Shown: positions 1-11,255, numbered from the stretch's first letter. The stretch is 64,000 nt of DNA from Thermodesulfobacteriota bacterium (GCA_965203965.1 CBDBDR010000017.1:1312001-1376000); one strand, 5' to 3'. The notes: a model not told the origin generated them from the letters alone. Translations and numbers: made by a program.

Positions 1-450
1 ATTGAATTTGGTTCGGGGACGGGAGTTTTTACGGAGAAAATCATGCAGAAAATATCTGATGACACCATGTTTTTTGCACTTGAGATAAACCCAGAGTTTG
101 TTGAAGCAACAAGGCAAAGGTGCCCGGACGTTATTGTTTACAACGATACGGCTGAAAATGCGAAAATTCATCTTGAAAGACACGGTAAATCAACCTGCGA
201 CTGCGTAATATCAGCTCTCCCGTGGGCGTTGTTTGACTCCAACCTGCAGGACAGGATACTTGGCACGGCATATGATATTTTAAAGCCCGGTGGAAAACTC
301 GTTACCATGGCATACTTGCATGGGCTTGCTTTGCCTAAGGCTCAACTATTTAAGACAAAGCTCTACAACATGTTCCCAAGAGTTATTAAATCCAAGACGG
401 TCTGGTCCAATCTACCACCTGCCTTTGTTTATTGTGCTATCAAAAAATAA
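1..450 (+). CDS. Class I SAM-dependent methyltransferase (PmtA/phospholipid N-methyltransferase-like), 5' truncated by window edge
   Basis: Frame is open from base 1: IEFGSGTGVFT (SAM motif I), then ALEINPEF, VISALPW and LKPGG. Confidence 0.75.
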   Translation: MEFGSGTGVFTEKIMQKISDDTMFFALEINPEFVEATRQRCPDVIVYNDTAENAKIHLERHGKSTCDCVISALPWALFDSNLQDRILGTAYDILKPGGKLVTMAYLHGLALPKAQLFKTKLYNMFPRVIKSKTVWSNLPPAFVYCAIKK

Positions 451-491
451 CACTTTTGACATACCCTACATGAGAATGGATATTTAGAGCG

Positions 492-3170
492 ATGCCTTCC
501 AAGACCCTGTATCTTGTTGATGGTAGCTCTTATATATTCAGAGCCTATTATGCTATACGCCACCTGAGCACTTCTAAAGGCTTTCCCATAAATGCAGTTT
601 ATGGTTTTACTTCAATGATGTTGAAGTTCATCAAGGATCATGACCCTGAATATGTTGCAATAGTTTTTGATTTTGGTGCCAAAACTTTCAGAAATGATAT
701 TTACCCTCTTTATAAAGCAAATAGAGATGTTCCACCATCAGATCTGATACCGCAGTTTGATAAAATTTATGAAGTTGTTGAGGCTTTTTCTATGCCCCTT
801 GTTAAGATTGAGGGATATGAAGCCGATGATCTGATGGGCACCATAGCAAAAGAGAACGAAGATAAGGGAATTGATATTGTGCTCGTCACGGGAGACAAGG
901 ATTTTTGCCAGTTGGTATCGGACAGGATAAAACTCCTTGATACGATGAAGAACAAAATAACCGACAGGGATGAGGTAGTGAAAAAATTCGGCGTCGGACC
1001 CGAAAAGGTAATTGACGTTTTGGCTCTTGCAGGTGACCCGGTGGATAACATACCCGGGGTCAAAGGAATTGGAGAGAAAACCGCCTCAAAACTGATAGCT
1101 GAATTTGGATCTTTGGATGAACTTTACGGACGATTAGATTGTCTAAAAGGAAAACAGAGAAAAAACCTTGAGGAAAAGCAAGAGGATGCCTTTCTCAGCA
1201 AGAGGCTTGTTACAATTAAAACCGACGTGGATCTATGGGCGGACTATAAAAACTTCAAATATGATGGTTTTAGTAGTGAAAAATTGTCGGCTTTATTTAA
1301 TGAGTTCGAATTCAGGAATCTCAGGAAGGAACTGAAGGTAGACGGCACATTTGAAAAAAATGAAGTTACTCACGCGGGGCAATCCAATTACAGTCTTGTA
1401 TTATCCGCAGAAGAGTTAGATGCCGTTATTGAAAAAATATACAATACTGGGGAACTCTCTATTGATCTTGAAACCACTTCCCTTTGGGCAACGGTTGCCC
1501 AGATAGTTGGAATATCAATTACACCCACTCCCGATGAAGGGTTTTATATACCTGTTGGTCATAAAACTGAAGTAAAACAGCTAAGCACTGAGATCGTTTT
1601 GAGTAAATTGAAGCCTATACTTGAGGATTGGACTATAAAAAAGATCGGTCAGAACCTGAAATATGAAATTATTGTTTTCAGTAATTATGGAATAAATATG
1701 AGTGGGATTTATTTTGATACCATGCTTGCCTCACATTTGCTTGATTCATCTCGGCAAAGCTACAAGTTGGATAAACTTTCGCAGGTTTTTCTTGGCCACA
1801 CGATGATTTCTTACGATGACGTTACAAAAACGGGTAAGGACAGGCTGGAATTTGCAGATGTAAGTATTGAGGATGCTAGGGAATATTCGTGCGAGGATTC
1901 CGATGTATCAATGAAGCTCTACAAGATCTTGTATGATAAGCTGGTAGAAAGTGATCTTGAACACACTTTTTTTGAAAAGGTGATGAAAATAGTTCCCGTT
2001 CTCGCAAAAATGGAGATGAACGGTGTTTTAATAAAAAAAGAGATATTAAACCTTCTTTCAGAAGAGTTTCAGAAAGATCTGGAAGAGATAACCTGTACTA
2101 TTCACTCTCTTGCAGGTGGTGAGTTTAACATAGATTCACCTATTCAGCTCAGGGAGATTTTATTTGACAAACTTGGTTTGGAGATAAAGAAAAAAACTAA
2201 AACGGGCGAGCCTTCCACCGACCATGAAGTTCTTGTGGATCTCAGCAAGCACCACGATCTACCATTATCTGTCCTGAAGTACCGTGAACTCGCAAAACTC
2301 AAATCCACTTACATTGATTCACTACCTAGACTGGTAAATCCAAGGACCGGCAGACTACATACTTCCTACAACCCCGTTGGAACGTCCACAGGCAGGCTTA
2401 GCTCAAGCGATCCAAACTTGCAGAATATCCCCGTAAGGTCATTTGAGGGCAGAAAAATCAGAAAAGCGTTTGTTCCTGCCCAGGAATATATATTTCTGTC
2501 AGCAGACTATTCACAGATAGAACTTAGGCTTTTAGCCCATTTTTCTCAAGACGCAAAGCTAATAGCGACTTTTGCCAATGACGGTGATATACACGCGAAA
2601 ACCGCATCCGAAATATTTTCCGTGAGTGAGGATGAAGTAAGTAAAGACATGAGAAGATTGGCAAAGGATATAAATTTTGGGATAATTTACGGCATAAGTC
2701 CGTTTGGCTTATCAAAACGGCTTGGCATTACAGTTGCACAATCAAAAATATACATTGATGAGTATTTTAGCAGGTATCCAGCAGTGAAAAATTACATGCA
2801 AAACTCGGTGAGTGAAACACGTAGCAGGGGTTATGCAATGACGATTATCGGGAGACGCAGATCAATACCGCAACTCAGCTCCAAAAACCGCGCGCAAAGA
2901 GGTCTTGGAGAACGGGCTGCCATTAACACCCCCATACAAGGCTCGGCGGCCGATATTATAAACCTTGCGATGATAAATATTAACAGGGAAATAAGAAGTT
3001 CGCACTGCAAAATGATATTGCAGGTCCATGACGAATTAATATTTGAGATCAGAGAGGAAGCCGTTCAGGGCTTCAAAGGTAAAATAAAAACGGAGATGGA
3101 AAACGCATACCGACTTAGTGTCCCGTTAAAGGTTGATATGGCAGAGGGCAATAACTGGGCAGAGGTGTAG
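492..3170 (+). CDS. polA: DNA polymerase I
   Basis: 5'-3' exonuclease LVDGSSYIFRAYYA; 3'-5' exonuclease DLET; polymerase motifs TGRLSSSDPNLQNIP, ADYSQIELR and LQVHDEL; 892 aa. Confidence 0.98.
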   Translation: MPSKTLYLVDGSSYIFRAYYAIRHLSTSKGFPINAVYGFTSMMLKFIKDHDPEYVAIVFDFGAKTFRNDIYPLYKANRDVPPSDLIPQFDKIYEVVEAFSMPLVKIEGYEADDLMGTIAKENEDKGIDIVLVTGDKDFCQLVSDRIKLLDTMKNKITDRDEVVKKFGVGPEKVIDVLALAGDPVDNIPGVKGIGEKTASKLIAEFGSLDELYGRLDCLKGKQRKNLEEKQEDAFLSKRLVTIKTDVDLWADYKNFKYDGFSSEKLSALFNEFEFRNLRKELKVDGTFEKNEVTHAGQSNYSLVLSAEELDAVIEKIYNTGELSIDLETTSLWATVAQIVGISITPTPDEGFYIPVGHKTEVKQLSTEIVLSKLKPILEDWTIKKIGQNLKYEIIVFSNYGINMSGIYFDTMLASHLLDSSRQSYKLDKLSQVFLGHTMISYDDVTKTGKDRLEFADVSIEDAREYSCEDSDVSMKLYKILYDKLVESDLEHTFFEKVMKIVPVLAKMEMNGVLIKKEILNLLSEEFQKDLEEITCTIHSLAGGEFNIDSPIQLREILFDKLGLEIKKKTKTGEPSTDHEVLVDLSKHHDLPLSVLKYRELAKLKSTYIDSLPRLVNPRTGRLHTSYNPVGTSTGRLSSSDPNLQNIPVRSFEGRKIRKAFVPAQEYIFLSADYSQIELRLLAHFSQDAKLIATFANDGDIHAKTASEIFSVSEDEVSKDMRRLAKDINFGIIYGISPFGLSKRLGITVAQSKIYIDEYFSRYPAVKNYMQNSVSETRSRGYAMTIIGRRRSIPQLSSKNRAQRGLGERAAINTPIQGSAADIINLAMININREIRSSHCKMILQVHDELIFEIREEAVQGFKGKIKTEMENAYRLSVPLKVDMAEGNNWAEV

Positions 3171-3183
3171 TAAAAAGCTATTT

Positions 3184-4593
3184 GTGAACAGGGCATATAG
3201 AGTTTTATTATTTGTTATTGTTATTATATTTCCGCTACCGGGATATTGCTTTACTGATCACCAAAGCAGTTTCGCCAATTTAATACCTCGCGGTGCACTT
3301 AAAAATGGCAAGTTAGGCGTTTACGTGAAATCCGTTAAAAGCGACCTTGTTATTTTTCACCACAATGGGAGTAAAAATTTTATTCCCGCCTCAAACAACA
3401 AGTTGATAACTTCTTATGCTGCTCTCTCTCTGCTTAGAAAAAATTACAGGTTCAAAACGGAGTTTTATTCAAGGTCAGGCATCCATAAAGGGGTGATAGA
3501 CGGAGGGTTATACGTAAAAGCGTATGGAAATCCAAGTATAACTACCAATGATCTGGCGGATATTGCAAAGAAAATGAGATCAATGGGACTCAAGCAGATA
3601 AAAGGCAACTTATATCTTGATGGAACGTATTTTGACGACGTGCAATATGCCCACGGCTGGAAAGTTGAGTGGAAGGGAAGTTATTACTGTCCTCCAATTG
3701 ATGCTTTTGTTCTGAATTACAACACCGTAAAAGTGGTTGTAATTCCGTCCCGTCCCGGCAATATGCCATCAGTGAAAATTGTTCCAGAACATTATAAGTT
3801 GAACATAAATAACAAAGCTGTGACCACTGAACGTTTGAAGAGCAAACTATCGGTTGATATAGACCCAGATGGGAAGGTAATTAACGTAAACGGCACAATA
3901 AACTATAGGGATGAAGAAAAGGCTACTGACGTCTCAGTTTTGGATCCAGAGGAATATTTCGGTTTGGTATTGAAAAGACTGTTCATTGCAGAAGGAATAG
4001 AGTTTGAAGGGAATATCTATGCAAAGAAAGTCCCAGAATCATACGACGCTTTTTATGTTCATCACTCCGATCCATTGTGGGAAATTATCAGTGAGTTCAA
4101 TAAGGATAGCGTTAATATTATCGGTGAGTCGCTGGTGAAAATACTGGGCGCAGAGTACACCGGAAAGACGGGAACTTGGAAAAGAGGTTCTGCTGTAATT
4201 CGGAAATTTATGCAGGAACAGGGCATTGGCGGCAACATGGAAATATCAGATGGTTCTGGGTTGTCGTTTGCCAATAAAGTATCTCCGAAAGTGCTTGCAG
4301 AGATCTTGTCTCGCACATACAGTGAATCTGATTTTTTTTATGAATTTTTATCATCCCTGCCGGCGGCAGGAATTGACGGTACTTTGAAAAAGAGGTTCAG
4401 AAATTCACTAATTGAAGGGCGTGTAGTTGCAAAAACAGGTTACCTAAAGAACATTAGGGCACTGTCGGGTTATGTTTTTGCAAGGAGTGGAAATATATTG
4501 GTATTCTCCATTCTTTCTGATGGACTTGACGATGAAGTGAAAGATTTTCAAGAGGATCTCCTTGTTAAATTGCTTGATTGCTGCAACTGGTAA
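3184..4593 (+). CDS. dacB: D-alanyl-D-alanine carboxypeptidase/endopeptidase (PBP4, peptidase S13)
   Basis: PASNNK (SxxK), SVN, DGSGLS and AKTG motifs; start at GTG 3184 inferred from signal peptide (ORF track starts at 3133). Confidence 0.9.
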   Translation: MNRAYRVLLFVIVIIFPLPGYCFTDHQSSFANLIPRGALKNGKLGVYVKSVKSDLVIFHHNGSKNFIPASNNKLITSYAALSLLRKNYRFKTEFYSRSGIHKGVIDGGLYVKAYGNPSITTNDLADIAKKMRSMGLKQIKGNLYLDGTYFDDVQYAHGWKVEWKGSYYCPPIDAFVLNYNTVKVVVIPSRPGNMPSVKIVPEHYKLNINNKAVTTERLKSKLSVDIDPDGKVINVNGTINYRDEEKATDVSVLDPEEYFGLVLKRLFIAEGIEFEGNIYAKKVPESYDAFYVHHSDPLWEIISEFNKDSVNIIGESLVKILGAEYTGKTGTWKRGSAVIRKFMQEQGIGGNMEISDGSGLSFANKVSPKVLAEILSRTYSESDFFYEFLSSLPAAGIDGTLKKRFRNSLIEGRVVAKTGYLKNIRALSGYVFARSGNILVFSILSDGLDDEVKDFQEDLLVKLLDCCNW

Positions 4594-5393
4594 AAATTAT
4601 TTGCAAGTTTTATAAACTCCTCTGTACCAAGCGTTTCCGCTCTTCTTTTTCCATCAATACCCGATACGTTGAGACACTTTTCAATGCACTCTTTTTCAAA
4701 GGTGGATCTTAACGAATTGCCTATCATCTTCCTTTTTAAGGAAAAAGATGCCCTGACGATATTTTTATACAGCAGATGGTCAATTATTTTTTCCCTGTAT
4801 TTTGTTATAGGTTTCAACTTCAAAACGATTGAATCAACTTTGGGTTTAGGTTTAAATGCCGAAGCTGAAACCGTGCAAACTTTTCTTATTTCAAAGTAAG
4901 TTTGTGAAATTACGGAAAGAGACCCATAGACCCTGACCCCCGATTTTGACTTTATTCTTTCTCCAACTTCTTTTTGAACCATGATCACTATGTTTGAAAA
5001 TATACTACTGTTCTCAATAAGAATTGATAAAACAGGAGACGTGATGTTATACGGAAGATTGGATATAAATTTGAGACCCTTATTGTTTTTGAAATTTTTA
5101 ATGTCTGTCTTTAAAACGTCCTCATTGATAATTTTAATATTGTCAAAGCCTGCAAATTTATTCTCCAGTTTGTTGCAGAGTCTTGTATCTTTTTCCACTG
5201 CATAGAGAAGGTTTGCCTTTTCTATGATCTTTTCTGTTAAGATCCCGTGTCCCGGTCCAACCTCTATAACGGTATCATCACTGCTTAATTCCGCGGCTTT
5301 GCATATCTTACTTACAACTAAATGGTCTTTAAGAAAGTTCTGTCCTAGTTTTTTTGTGGGTTTGAAGGGTTGGATTTTAATGGGTTCCTGCAC
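4548..5393 (-). CDS. rsmA: 16S rRNA A1518/A1519 dimethyltransferase
   Basis: KKLGQNFL, EVGPGHG, SNLPYNIT, MVQKEV and PKVDS. Confidence 0.95.
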   Translation of the reverse strand: MQEPIKIQPFKPTKKLGQNFLKDHLVVSKICKAAELSSDDTVIEVGPGHGILTEKIIEKANLLYAVEKDTRLCNKLENKFAGFDNIKIINEDVLKTDIKNFKNNKGLKFISNLPYNITSPVLSILIENSSIFSNIVIMVQKEVGERIKSKSGVRVYGSLSVISQTYFEIRKVCTVSASAFKPKPKVDSIVLKLKPITKYREKIIDHLLYKNIVRASFSLKRKMIGNSLRSTFEKECIEKCLNVSGIDGKRRAETLGTEEFIKLANNFYQLQQSSNLTRRSS

Positions 5394-5398
5394 AGGGG

Positions 5399-5668
5399 CT
5401 AATTATCAAACTTGTATATTTTCTCGCCTTCTTTTATCATGCCAAGCTCTTCACGAATCACCTTTTCAACGTATCTTTTATCGCCTTTCATATATTGGAT
5501 TTCCTTTCTGTGTTTTTCATTTTGGACTGTGAGTTTATCTATTCTTTCAAGCATAGCTTCATTTTCATCTCTCAAGTAATTCAACTGAGATATTTCTTTA
5601 GCAAAGATATACATGATAAAAACTATGACGCTTAAGATCAACACGCTGCGAGTTATTTTTTTATACAT
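5399..5668 (-). CDS. Septum formation initiator (FtsB/DivIC family)
   Basis: N-terminal TM, coiled coil and YVEKVIREELGMIKEGE. Confidence 0.8.
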   Translation of the reverse strand: MYKKITRSVLILSVIVFIMYIFAKEISQLNYLRDENEAMLERIDKLTVQNEKHRKEIQYMKGDKRYVEKVIREELGMIKEGEKIYKFDN

Positions 5669-5677
5669 GGCACCAAG

Positions 5678-6328
5678 CTATAAATTAAAGATCTCCCTGC
5701 TGAAAAAAGGGTTTGATCCTTTTTCAATGCCAATAGTAGTTGATGGCCCGTGTCCCGGAAATACGTTGTAGAGATCTGGCAATACAAACAGCTTTGTTTT
5801 TATAGAACCAAGCAACTCTTCCATACTGGTTCCTCCGGTCAGATCAACTCTGCCAATGCTTCCTGCAAACAAAGTATCGCCTGCAATGACGTTATCCTCG
5901 ATTACAAGGCATATATGTCCCCACGAGTGTCCCGGCACAAGAAGGATTTCTGCTTCCAGATTGCCGATCTTTATTTTATCTCCCTCTTCCACGTAATGAT
6001 CAACTTCAGGCTTTACAATATGCGAGAACTGGGGCCATCTTTGGCATGCTTCCGGTAGGGCATCCAGAACGGGCTGATCCTTTTTGTGTATGTAAAAAGG
6101 TATTCCCAATTCTTTTTTGGCAATTTCCACTCCTGCCACGTGGTCAAGGTGGTTGTGTGTATTTACTATTTTTGATATGTTGAGCCCAGATTTTTTAACC
6201 TGTTCCAGTATATCGTCAATTTGTTCGCCGGGATCAATCAGTATCCCTTCGTTTGATCCTTCATCACCAATTATGTAGGCATTTTCCACAAACATTCCGC
6301 CAGTAATACATTGTATTATCATTTTCAC
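5678..6328 (-). CDS. MBL-fold metallo-hydrolase (glyoxalase II-like)
   Basis: THNHLDH, PGHS, GDTLF and PGHG. Confidence 0.9.
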   Translation of the reverse strand: MKMIIQCITGGMFVENAYIIGDEGSNEGILIDPGEQIDDILEQVKKSGLNISKIVNTHNHLDHVAGVEIAKKELGIPFYIHKKDQPVLDALPEACQRWPQFSHIVKPEVDHYVEEGDKIKIGNLEAEILLVPGHSWGHICLVIEDNVIAGDTLFAGSIGRVDLTGGTSMEELLGSIKTKLFVLPDLYNVFPGHGPSTTIGIEKGSNPFFSREIFNL

Positions 6329-6615
6329 CTCTGGTTTTGATCTATTATACTGAAAGAGCAGAACTCCCCTGATGATTGTAAGTGATTGAGATCCACGTTT
6401 GTTACCAATGCGTTTGGTGGTCCGGTTTTACACCATTCCAGAAACCTTTTCAGGGTTTCTTTCTCACCTTCAACCTGAATTTCCACCGAACCATCGCTAA
6501 GGTTTCTTACCCATCCATTGAGCCCCAACTTATCCGCCTGCTCCTTTGCTGAAGCTCTGAAGAAAACTCCCTGAACTTTCCCCTCTATGAACAGGTGAGC
6601 TTTTTCGGTCTTCAT
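6325..6615 (-). CDS. acyP: Acylphosphatase
   Basis: GKVQGVFFR and GWVRNLSDGSVE; start at ATG 6615 inferred. Confidence 0.92.
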   Translation of the reverse strand: MKTEKAHLFIEGKVQGVFFRASAKEQADKLGLNGWVRNLSDGSVEIQVEGEKETLKRFLEWCKTGPPNALVTNVDLNHLQSSGEFCSFSIIDQNQR

Positions 6616-6798
6616 TACAGGTCTGATGTTACCAAAGCTCAATTTTGGTGTCAAATTGCATTATCAATAGAAGGATTATAATACTCATGTAAAATATAAA
6701 AATGGTTAAAGTTATACTTAGTAGATAGAGATGTTGAGAGGTTTGTTTGTAAGGACTTTTATGAATTGAAACCCGTCTTTATAAACAGGGAGGTTATT

Positions 6799-7524
6799 AT
6801 GAGATCTTTTATTATCGTTGGAAGAAAGCAAACAGCTTTTACCGTTTTACTTTTATTTTTACTGATCGGTTTTAGTTTTAGCTGTGGGGATGATGATAAT
6901 TCTCCGATTGTGGACAGAATTATGGACAGAGATGAGGACTGCCCCATGACGGCTAACTATCAAGTAACCTTTACTTCACTTTGGACTGAGAACTCTCACG
7001 GTTCCACACCGCCATTTCCAACAGGTGCACATTTTACCAACATGGTTGGGGCAACACACAGTTCAGACGTTACTTTTTGGGAAAGTGGAGAGCTCGCTTC
7101 TCCTGGGATTGAACTTGTGGCTGAACTTGGTATATCCAGAATGCTTAATGAAGAGATAGACGCTGAAATGGAAGCTAAATATATTAGTGGTAGAGGAATT
7201 GGTGGGTTACCAAGTTCAAATCCAGTTACATTCTCTTTTGACACTAATGAAGATTTTCCTCTATTGACCCTAGTTTCCATGATCGCTCCCAGCCCGGATT
7301 GGTTTGTCGGTGTTAATAGTCTTGAATTAAGGCAAGATGATGGTTGTTGGCAAGAGATGATCCAGAGAGAGCTAAGGGGTTATGATGCTGGAACAGAGAC
7401 AGGGACAACGTTTAGTCTTGATAACCCTCCTCAATCACCACAGGAGTTTATTGGTGAGATAACTGCTCTTCCTGAAAGTTTCAGGGACATGCCTTTTGCG
7501 ACTCTTACTATTGAACTACAATAG
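6799..7524 (+). CDS. Spondin_N domain putative lipoprotein
   Basis: GGGAGG RBS before ATG 6799; hydrophobic signal ending FSFSC; SMIAPSPDWFVG and YDAGT spondin motifs. Confidence 0.8.
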   Translation: MRSFIIVGRKQTAFTVLLLFLLIGFSFSCGDDDNSPIVDRIMDRDEDCPMTANYQVTFTSLWTENSHGSTPPFPTGAHFTNMVGATHSSDVTFWESGELASPGIELVAELGISRMLNEEIDAEMEAKYISGRGIGGLPSSNPVTFSFDTNEDFPLLTLVSMIAPSPDWFVGVNSLELRQDDGCWQEMIQRELRGYDAGTETGTTFSLDNPPQSPQEFIGEITALPESFRDMPFATLTIELQ

Positions 7525-7578
7525 TAAGAACTTATAGCTTGAACAGTTGTTTTTGTTTTGGCATGGGTTGCTATGCTA

Positions 7579-8667
7579 TCAAGCCACGGTGATTTTTCTT
7601 TCCAGATAAACGTTCTGAATTGAATTTAGGATCGCTATACCTTCGTCTATTGGTTTTTGAAAGACTTTTCTGCCTGATATAAGACCCATGCCACCGGCTC
7701 TTTTATTTATAATTGCGGTTTTTACGGCGTCAGCCAGATCGTTGTTGCCCGATGCACCGCCGGAGTTTATCAAACCCGACCTTCCCATGTAGCAGTTTAT
7801 GACCTGATAGCGGTTTAAGTCTATTGGATGTTCTGAACTCAATTTCGAGTAAACTTTTTCATCTGTTTTTCCGAAATTGATTGCCTGAAAACCGCCATTG
7901 TTCTCTGCCAGTTTCTGCTTGACAATATCGGCTTGAATGGTTGCCGAAAGATGATTTGCCTGTCCCTCCAAGTCGGCAGACAGGTGATGATCGACTCCGT
8001 CTTTTTTGAATGCTGAGTTTCTCAGGTAAGCCCATAGTATTGTTACAAGTCCAAGGCTGTGTGCATAACGAAAGGCTTCCGAAACTTCCTGTATCTGCCT
8101 TGAGCTTTCCGCGGAGCCAAAGTAAATAGTTGCCCCTACTGCAACTGCACCCATTTCAAATGCCTGATCAACATTTGCAAACATGATCTGGTCTGCTTTG
8201 TTTGGATAGGAGAGAAGCTCATTGTGGTTGATCTTTAGAATAAAAGGTATTTTGTGTGCGTATTTTCTTGCCACCGAGCCAAGCGTGCCTAGTGATGAAG
8301 CGACTGCATTACATCCCCCATCTATTGCCAATTTTACTATGTTTTCAGGGTCAAAATAAATGGGATTTGGTGCAAATGACGCACCGCCTGAATGCTCAAT
8401 TCCCTGATCAACGGGTAAGATTGACATGTAGCCACTGCCTTTTAGCCTGCCGGTATTGAATATAGTCTGTAAGTTCCTAAGAACGGTTACCGGTCTGTCC
8501 GTGGGAATAAACACTCTGTCAACAAAATCCTTACCGGGAAGGTGAAGCTGGTCTTTGGTAACGGTCTTGCATTGGTGATATAGAAGGTAATCTGCCTCGT
8601 TTCCCAGAAGCTCGCTTATTTTATCCATACCTTTAACAGGCTTAATCATGTTTATCTCCTTGTTCAT
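7579..8667 (-). CDS. fbaB: Class I fructose-bisphosphate aldolase
   Basis: [27 protein letters not shown] and GLISGRK. Confidence 0.93.
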   Translation of the reverse strand: MNKEINMIKPVKGMDKISELLGNEADYLLYHQCKTVTKDQLHLPGKDFVDRVFIPTDRPVTVLRNLQTIFNTGRLKGSGYMSILPVDQGIEHSGGASFAPNPIYFDPENIVKLAIDGGCNAVASSLGTLGSVARKYAHKIPFILKINHNELLSYPNKADQIMFANVDQAFEMGAVAVGATIYFGSAESSRQIQEVSEAFRYAHSLGLVTILWAYLRNSAFKKDGVDHHLSADLEGQANHLSATIQADIVKQKLAENNGGFQAINFGKTDEKVYSKLSSEHPIDLNRYQVINCYMGRSGLINSGGASGNNDLADAVKTAIINKRAGGMGLISGRKVFQKPIDEGIAILNSIQNVYLERKITVA

Positions 8668-8864
8668 TCCCCCGTGCGTGTTTTATCACGGACGGATAAG
8701 ACAAAAACAGGTTATCATAAAAAGAGTCAAAGAATAAATGTGTTGGAGAAGTTCAACTTGAGAGAGTTGCAGGACAAATTGCTCAGTGATTTGATTGCCA
8801 TATCAGGAAAAGTAACTTTCTCTGTTGGGAAACATGTATTTAAGTCTTTCATCAAAAGACTTTT

Positions 8865-10067
8865 TCAGCAACTCTTATCATTAAGCACGGCAATACCGGG
8901 CAGATCATTTCCACCCAGAAATTCCATAGATGCACCGCCGCCGGTTGAGATGTGGCTAATTTCAAGGTCAAGCACTTCCGCATTTCTCATTGCGGCAATG
9001 GTGTCCCCTCCTCCTACAACTGTTGTGGCACCTCTCCACGTGGCAAGTGCGATTGATCTTGCAATGTGAGTTGTGCCAGAAGAAAAATCCTCAACTTCAA
9101 ATAGTCCCATGGGTCCATTCCAGAAGATCGTGCCATTTCCTCTGATAAGCGATGAGTAGTTATTCACGGTTTTGGGACCAATATCAAAACCCTGATAGTG
9201 TTCGGGTATTTCATTGTCAATTACAACTGAAGTCTGCCTGTTCTCAAAACTCTCCGAAACAATATGGTCAACCGGCAATGATATTTTACTTCCAAAAGTT
9301 TCAAGTGCCTCTTTTGCCCATGGTATCATCTCGTCTTCACAGATTGAGGTGCCGATTGAAATGCCTTTTGCTTTGAGAAAAGTGTAAGCAACGCCACCAC
9401 CTAACAGAACATGATCGGCTTTTTCTATCAGGTTTTTCAATGCACCGATCTTGTCCTTTACTTTAGCTCCCCCAACTATTACAACATAGGGTCTCATTGG
9501 ATTATCAAGCAGTGAGCCTAAAAATCTTATTTCACGGTCAACAAGAAAACCCGCGAGTTTTTTTTTGAAGTTTAGTGCCATACCATGAGTTGAAGCATGG
9601 GCTCTGTGTGAAGTGCCAAAGGCATCATTGACGTAAATATCAGCCAATGAGGCGAGTTTTTTTGAAAAATCACGGTCGTCATTTTTTTCTTCAATATGAA
9701 ATCTGGTATTTTCAAGAAGCATTACGTCGCCGTTTTTGAGTTCCTTAATTTCATCTTCAACCTCTTTGCCAATGACCTTACCGACAAATTTTACATCCTT
9801 TCCCAGAAGCTCCATTAGTCTCAATGCAATGGGACGAAGCGAGAGATTTGGTATATAATTCCCGTTGGGTCTGCCCAGATGAGAAGCAAGAATAACCTTT
9901 GCACCTTTTTCCACTAGAAAATCAATTGTGGGAACTGTTCGCCGAATTCTGTAATCCTCGCGGATCCTGCTGTTTTTAATTGGGACGTTAAAATCAACCC
10001 TGACAAATACTCTCTTTCCACTTATTTCAGAATCGGGAAGGTCGTATATGACTGATTTATTTATCAA
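8865..10067 (-). CDS. pgk: Phosphoglycerate kinase
   Basis: RVDFNVP, SHLGRP, NDAFGTSHRAHAS and HISTGGGAS; start near TTG 10067 inferred. Confidence 0.96.
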   Translation of the reverse strand: MINKSVIYDLPDSEISGKRVFVRVDFNVPIKNSRIREDYRIRRTVPTIDFLVEKGAKVILASHLGRPNGNYIPNLSLRPIALRLMELLGKDVKFVGKVIGKEVEDEIKELKNGDVMLLENTRFHIEEKNDDRDFSKKLASLADIYVNDAFGTSHRAHASTHGMALNFKKKLAGFLVDREIRFLGSLLDNPMRPYVVIVGGAKVKDKIGALKNLIEKADHVLLGGGVAYTFLKAKGISIGTSICEDEMIPWAKEALETFGSKISLPVDHIVSESFENRQTSVVIDNEIPEHYQGFDIGPKTVNNYSSLIRGNGTIFWNGPMGLFEVEDFSSGTTHIARSIALATWRGATTVVGGGDTIAAMRNAEVLDLEISHISTGGGASMEFLGGNDLPGIAVLNDKSC

Positions 10068-11070
10068 GACTTTTCCCCACGATCTCAACCAGATCCACCA
10101 CTCTTGCGGAATAGCCGTATTCATTGTCATACCAGGCTATTACCTTTACAAGATCGTCTTTAACGACTGACGTAAGTTCTGCATCATAGACCGCAGAGTG
10201 TGTGTCGCCAATAAGGTCTGAAGAAACCAGTGGTTCGTCAAGGTATCTTAAATATTTTTTCAATTCACCTTCTGATGATTGCTTGAATTTCTCATTTATC
10301 TCATCAATGGAGCTTTTTTTACCAAGCTCACAGGTGAAGTCAACCACTGAAACGTTCGGAGTAGGCACCCTTAGAGCAATTGCTTCCAGTTTGCCTTTTA
10401 ACTCGGGGAATACGAGTTGAATGGCACTTGCCGCACCGGTGCTTGTAGGAATAATTGAAAGTGCAGCAGAACGAGCCCTTCTGAGATCTGAATGAGGAGC
10501 ATCAAGGATTCTCTGGTCATTCGTGTAGGAGTGAACGGTTGTCATCTGTCCTCTTTTGATCTTAAAATTTTCATGCAGAACTTTGACAAGCATGCTGAAA
10601 CAGTTTGTAGTGCATGAGGCGTTGGATATTATGTGGTCTTCATCCGGTTTATAATCACCGTCATTAACTCCCATAACAACTGAGAAATCAACCTTTCCCT
10701 TAGCAGGTGCAGTGATTATTACTTTTCGTGTGGATTTGCCGAGGTGCATGGCGGCTTGCTCGCGGGTTCTGAAAATTCCCGTTGATTCTACTATGGCTTC
10801 CGTTCCTACCTCGCTCCATCCTATCTGTTTCGGGTCCCTTTCGGAAAATACTCTGATAGGTTTTCCGTCAATAATTATATTTTTCCCGTCAACTTCTATC
10901 TCACCTTTGTATGTGCCAAAAACCGAATCATATTTGAAAAGATGAGCCAGCGTTTTTGCATCTGATACATCATTAATTCCAACAAACTCTAACCCCGGTC
11001 TTTTAAGACCAATTCTAAGCACATGCCTGCCTATGCGGCCAAAACCATTTATCCCTACTTTTAAGGGCAT
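10057..11070 (-). CDS. gap: Type I glyceraldehyde-3-phosphate dehydrogenase
   Basis: GINGFGRIGR, SNASCTTNC and WYDNEYGY. Confidence 0.97.
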   Translation of the reverse strand: MPLKVGINGFGRIGRHVLRIGLKRPGLEFVGINDVSDAKTLAHLFKYDSVFGTYKGEIEVDGKNIIIDGKPIRVFSERDPKQIGWSEVGTEAIVESTGIFRTREQAAMHLGKSTRKVIITAPAKGKVDFSVVMGVNDGDYKPDEDHIISNASCTTNCFSMLVKVLHENFKIKRGQMTTVHSYTNDQRILDAPHSDLRRARSAALSIIPTSTGAASAIQLVFPELKGKLEAIALRVPTPNVSVVDFTCELGKKSSIDEINEKFKQSSEGELKKYLRYLDEPLVSSDLIGDTHSAVYDAELTSVVKDDLVKVIAWYDNEYGYSARVVDLVEIVGKSLDK

Positions 11071-11255
11071 AAAACTCCCTCCTAGAATATTTTCCTATCT
11101 ATATTTTAAGAAAGTCTAACTTACCTTTTGCCAAATATGCAGTCAAGACGTCAGCTAAACATTAACTTAAGCTAACATTATTTGAGCCGATGGATAATTG
11201 ATAACCTTAGTGGGGGGCTTGTATTTATACGTTTGAACGGATATTTTGAATTGTT

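Noticed and set aside
4548..4593. 46-bp convergent overlap of dacB and rsmA
   Set aside because: Ordinary tail-to-tail overlap in a compact genome
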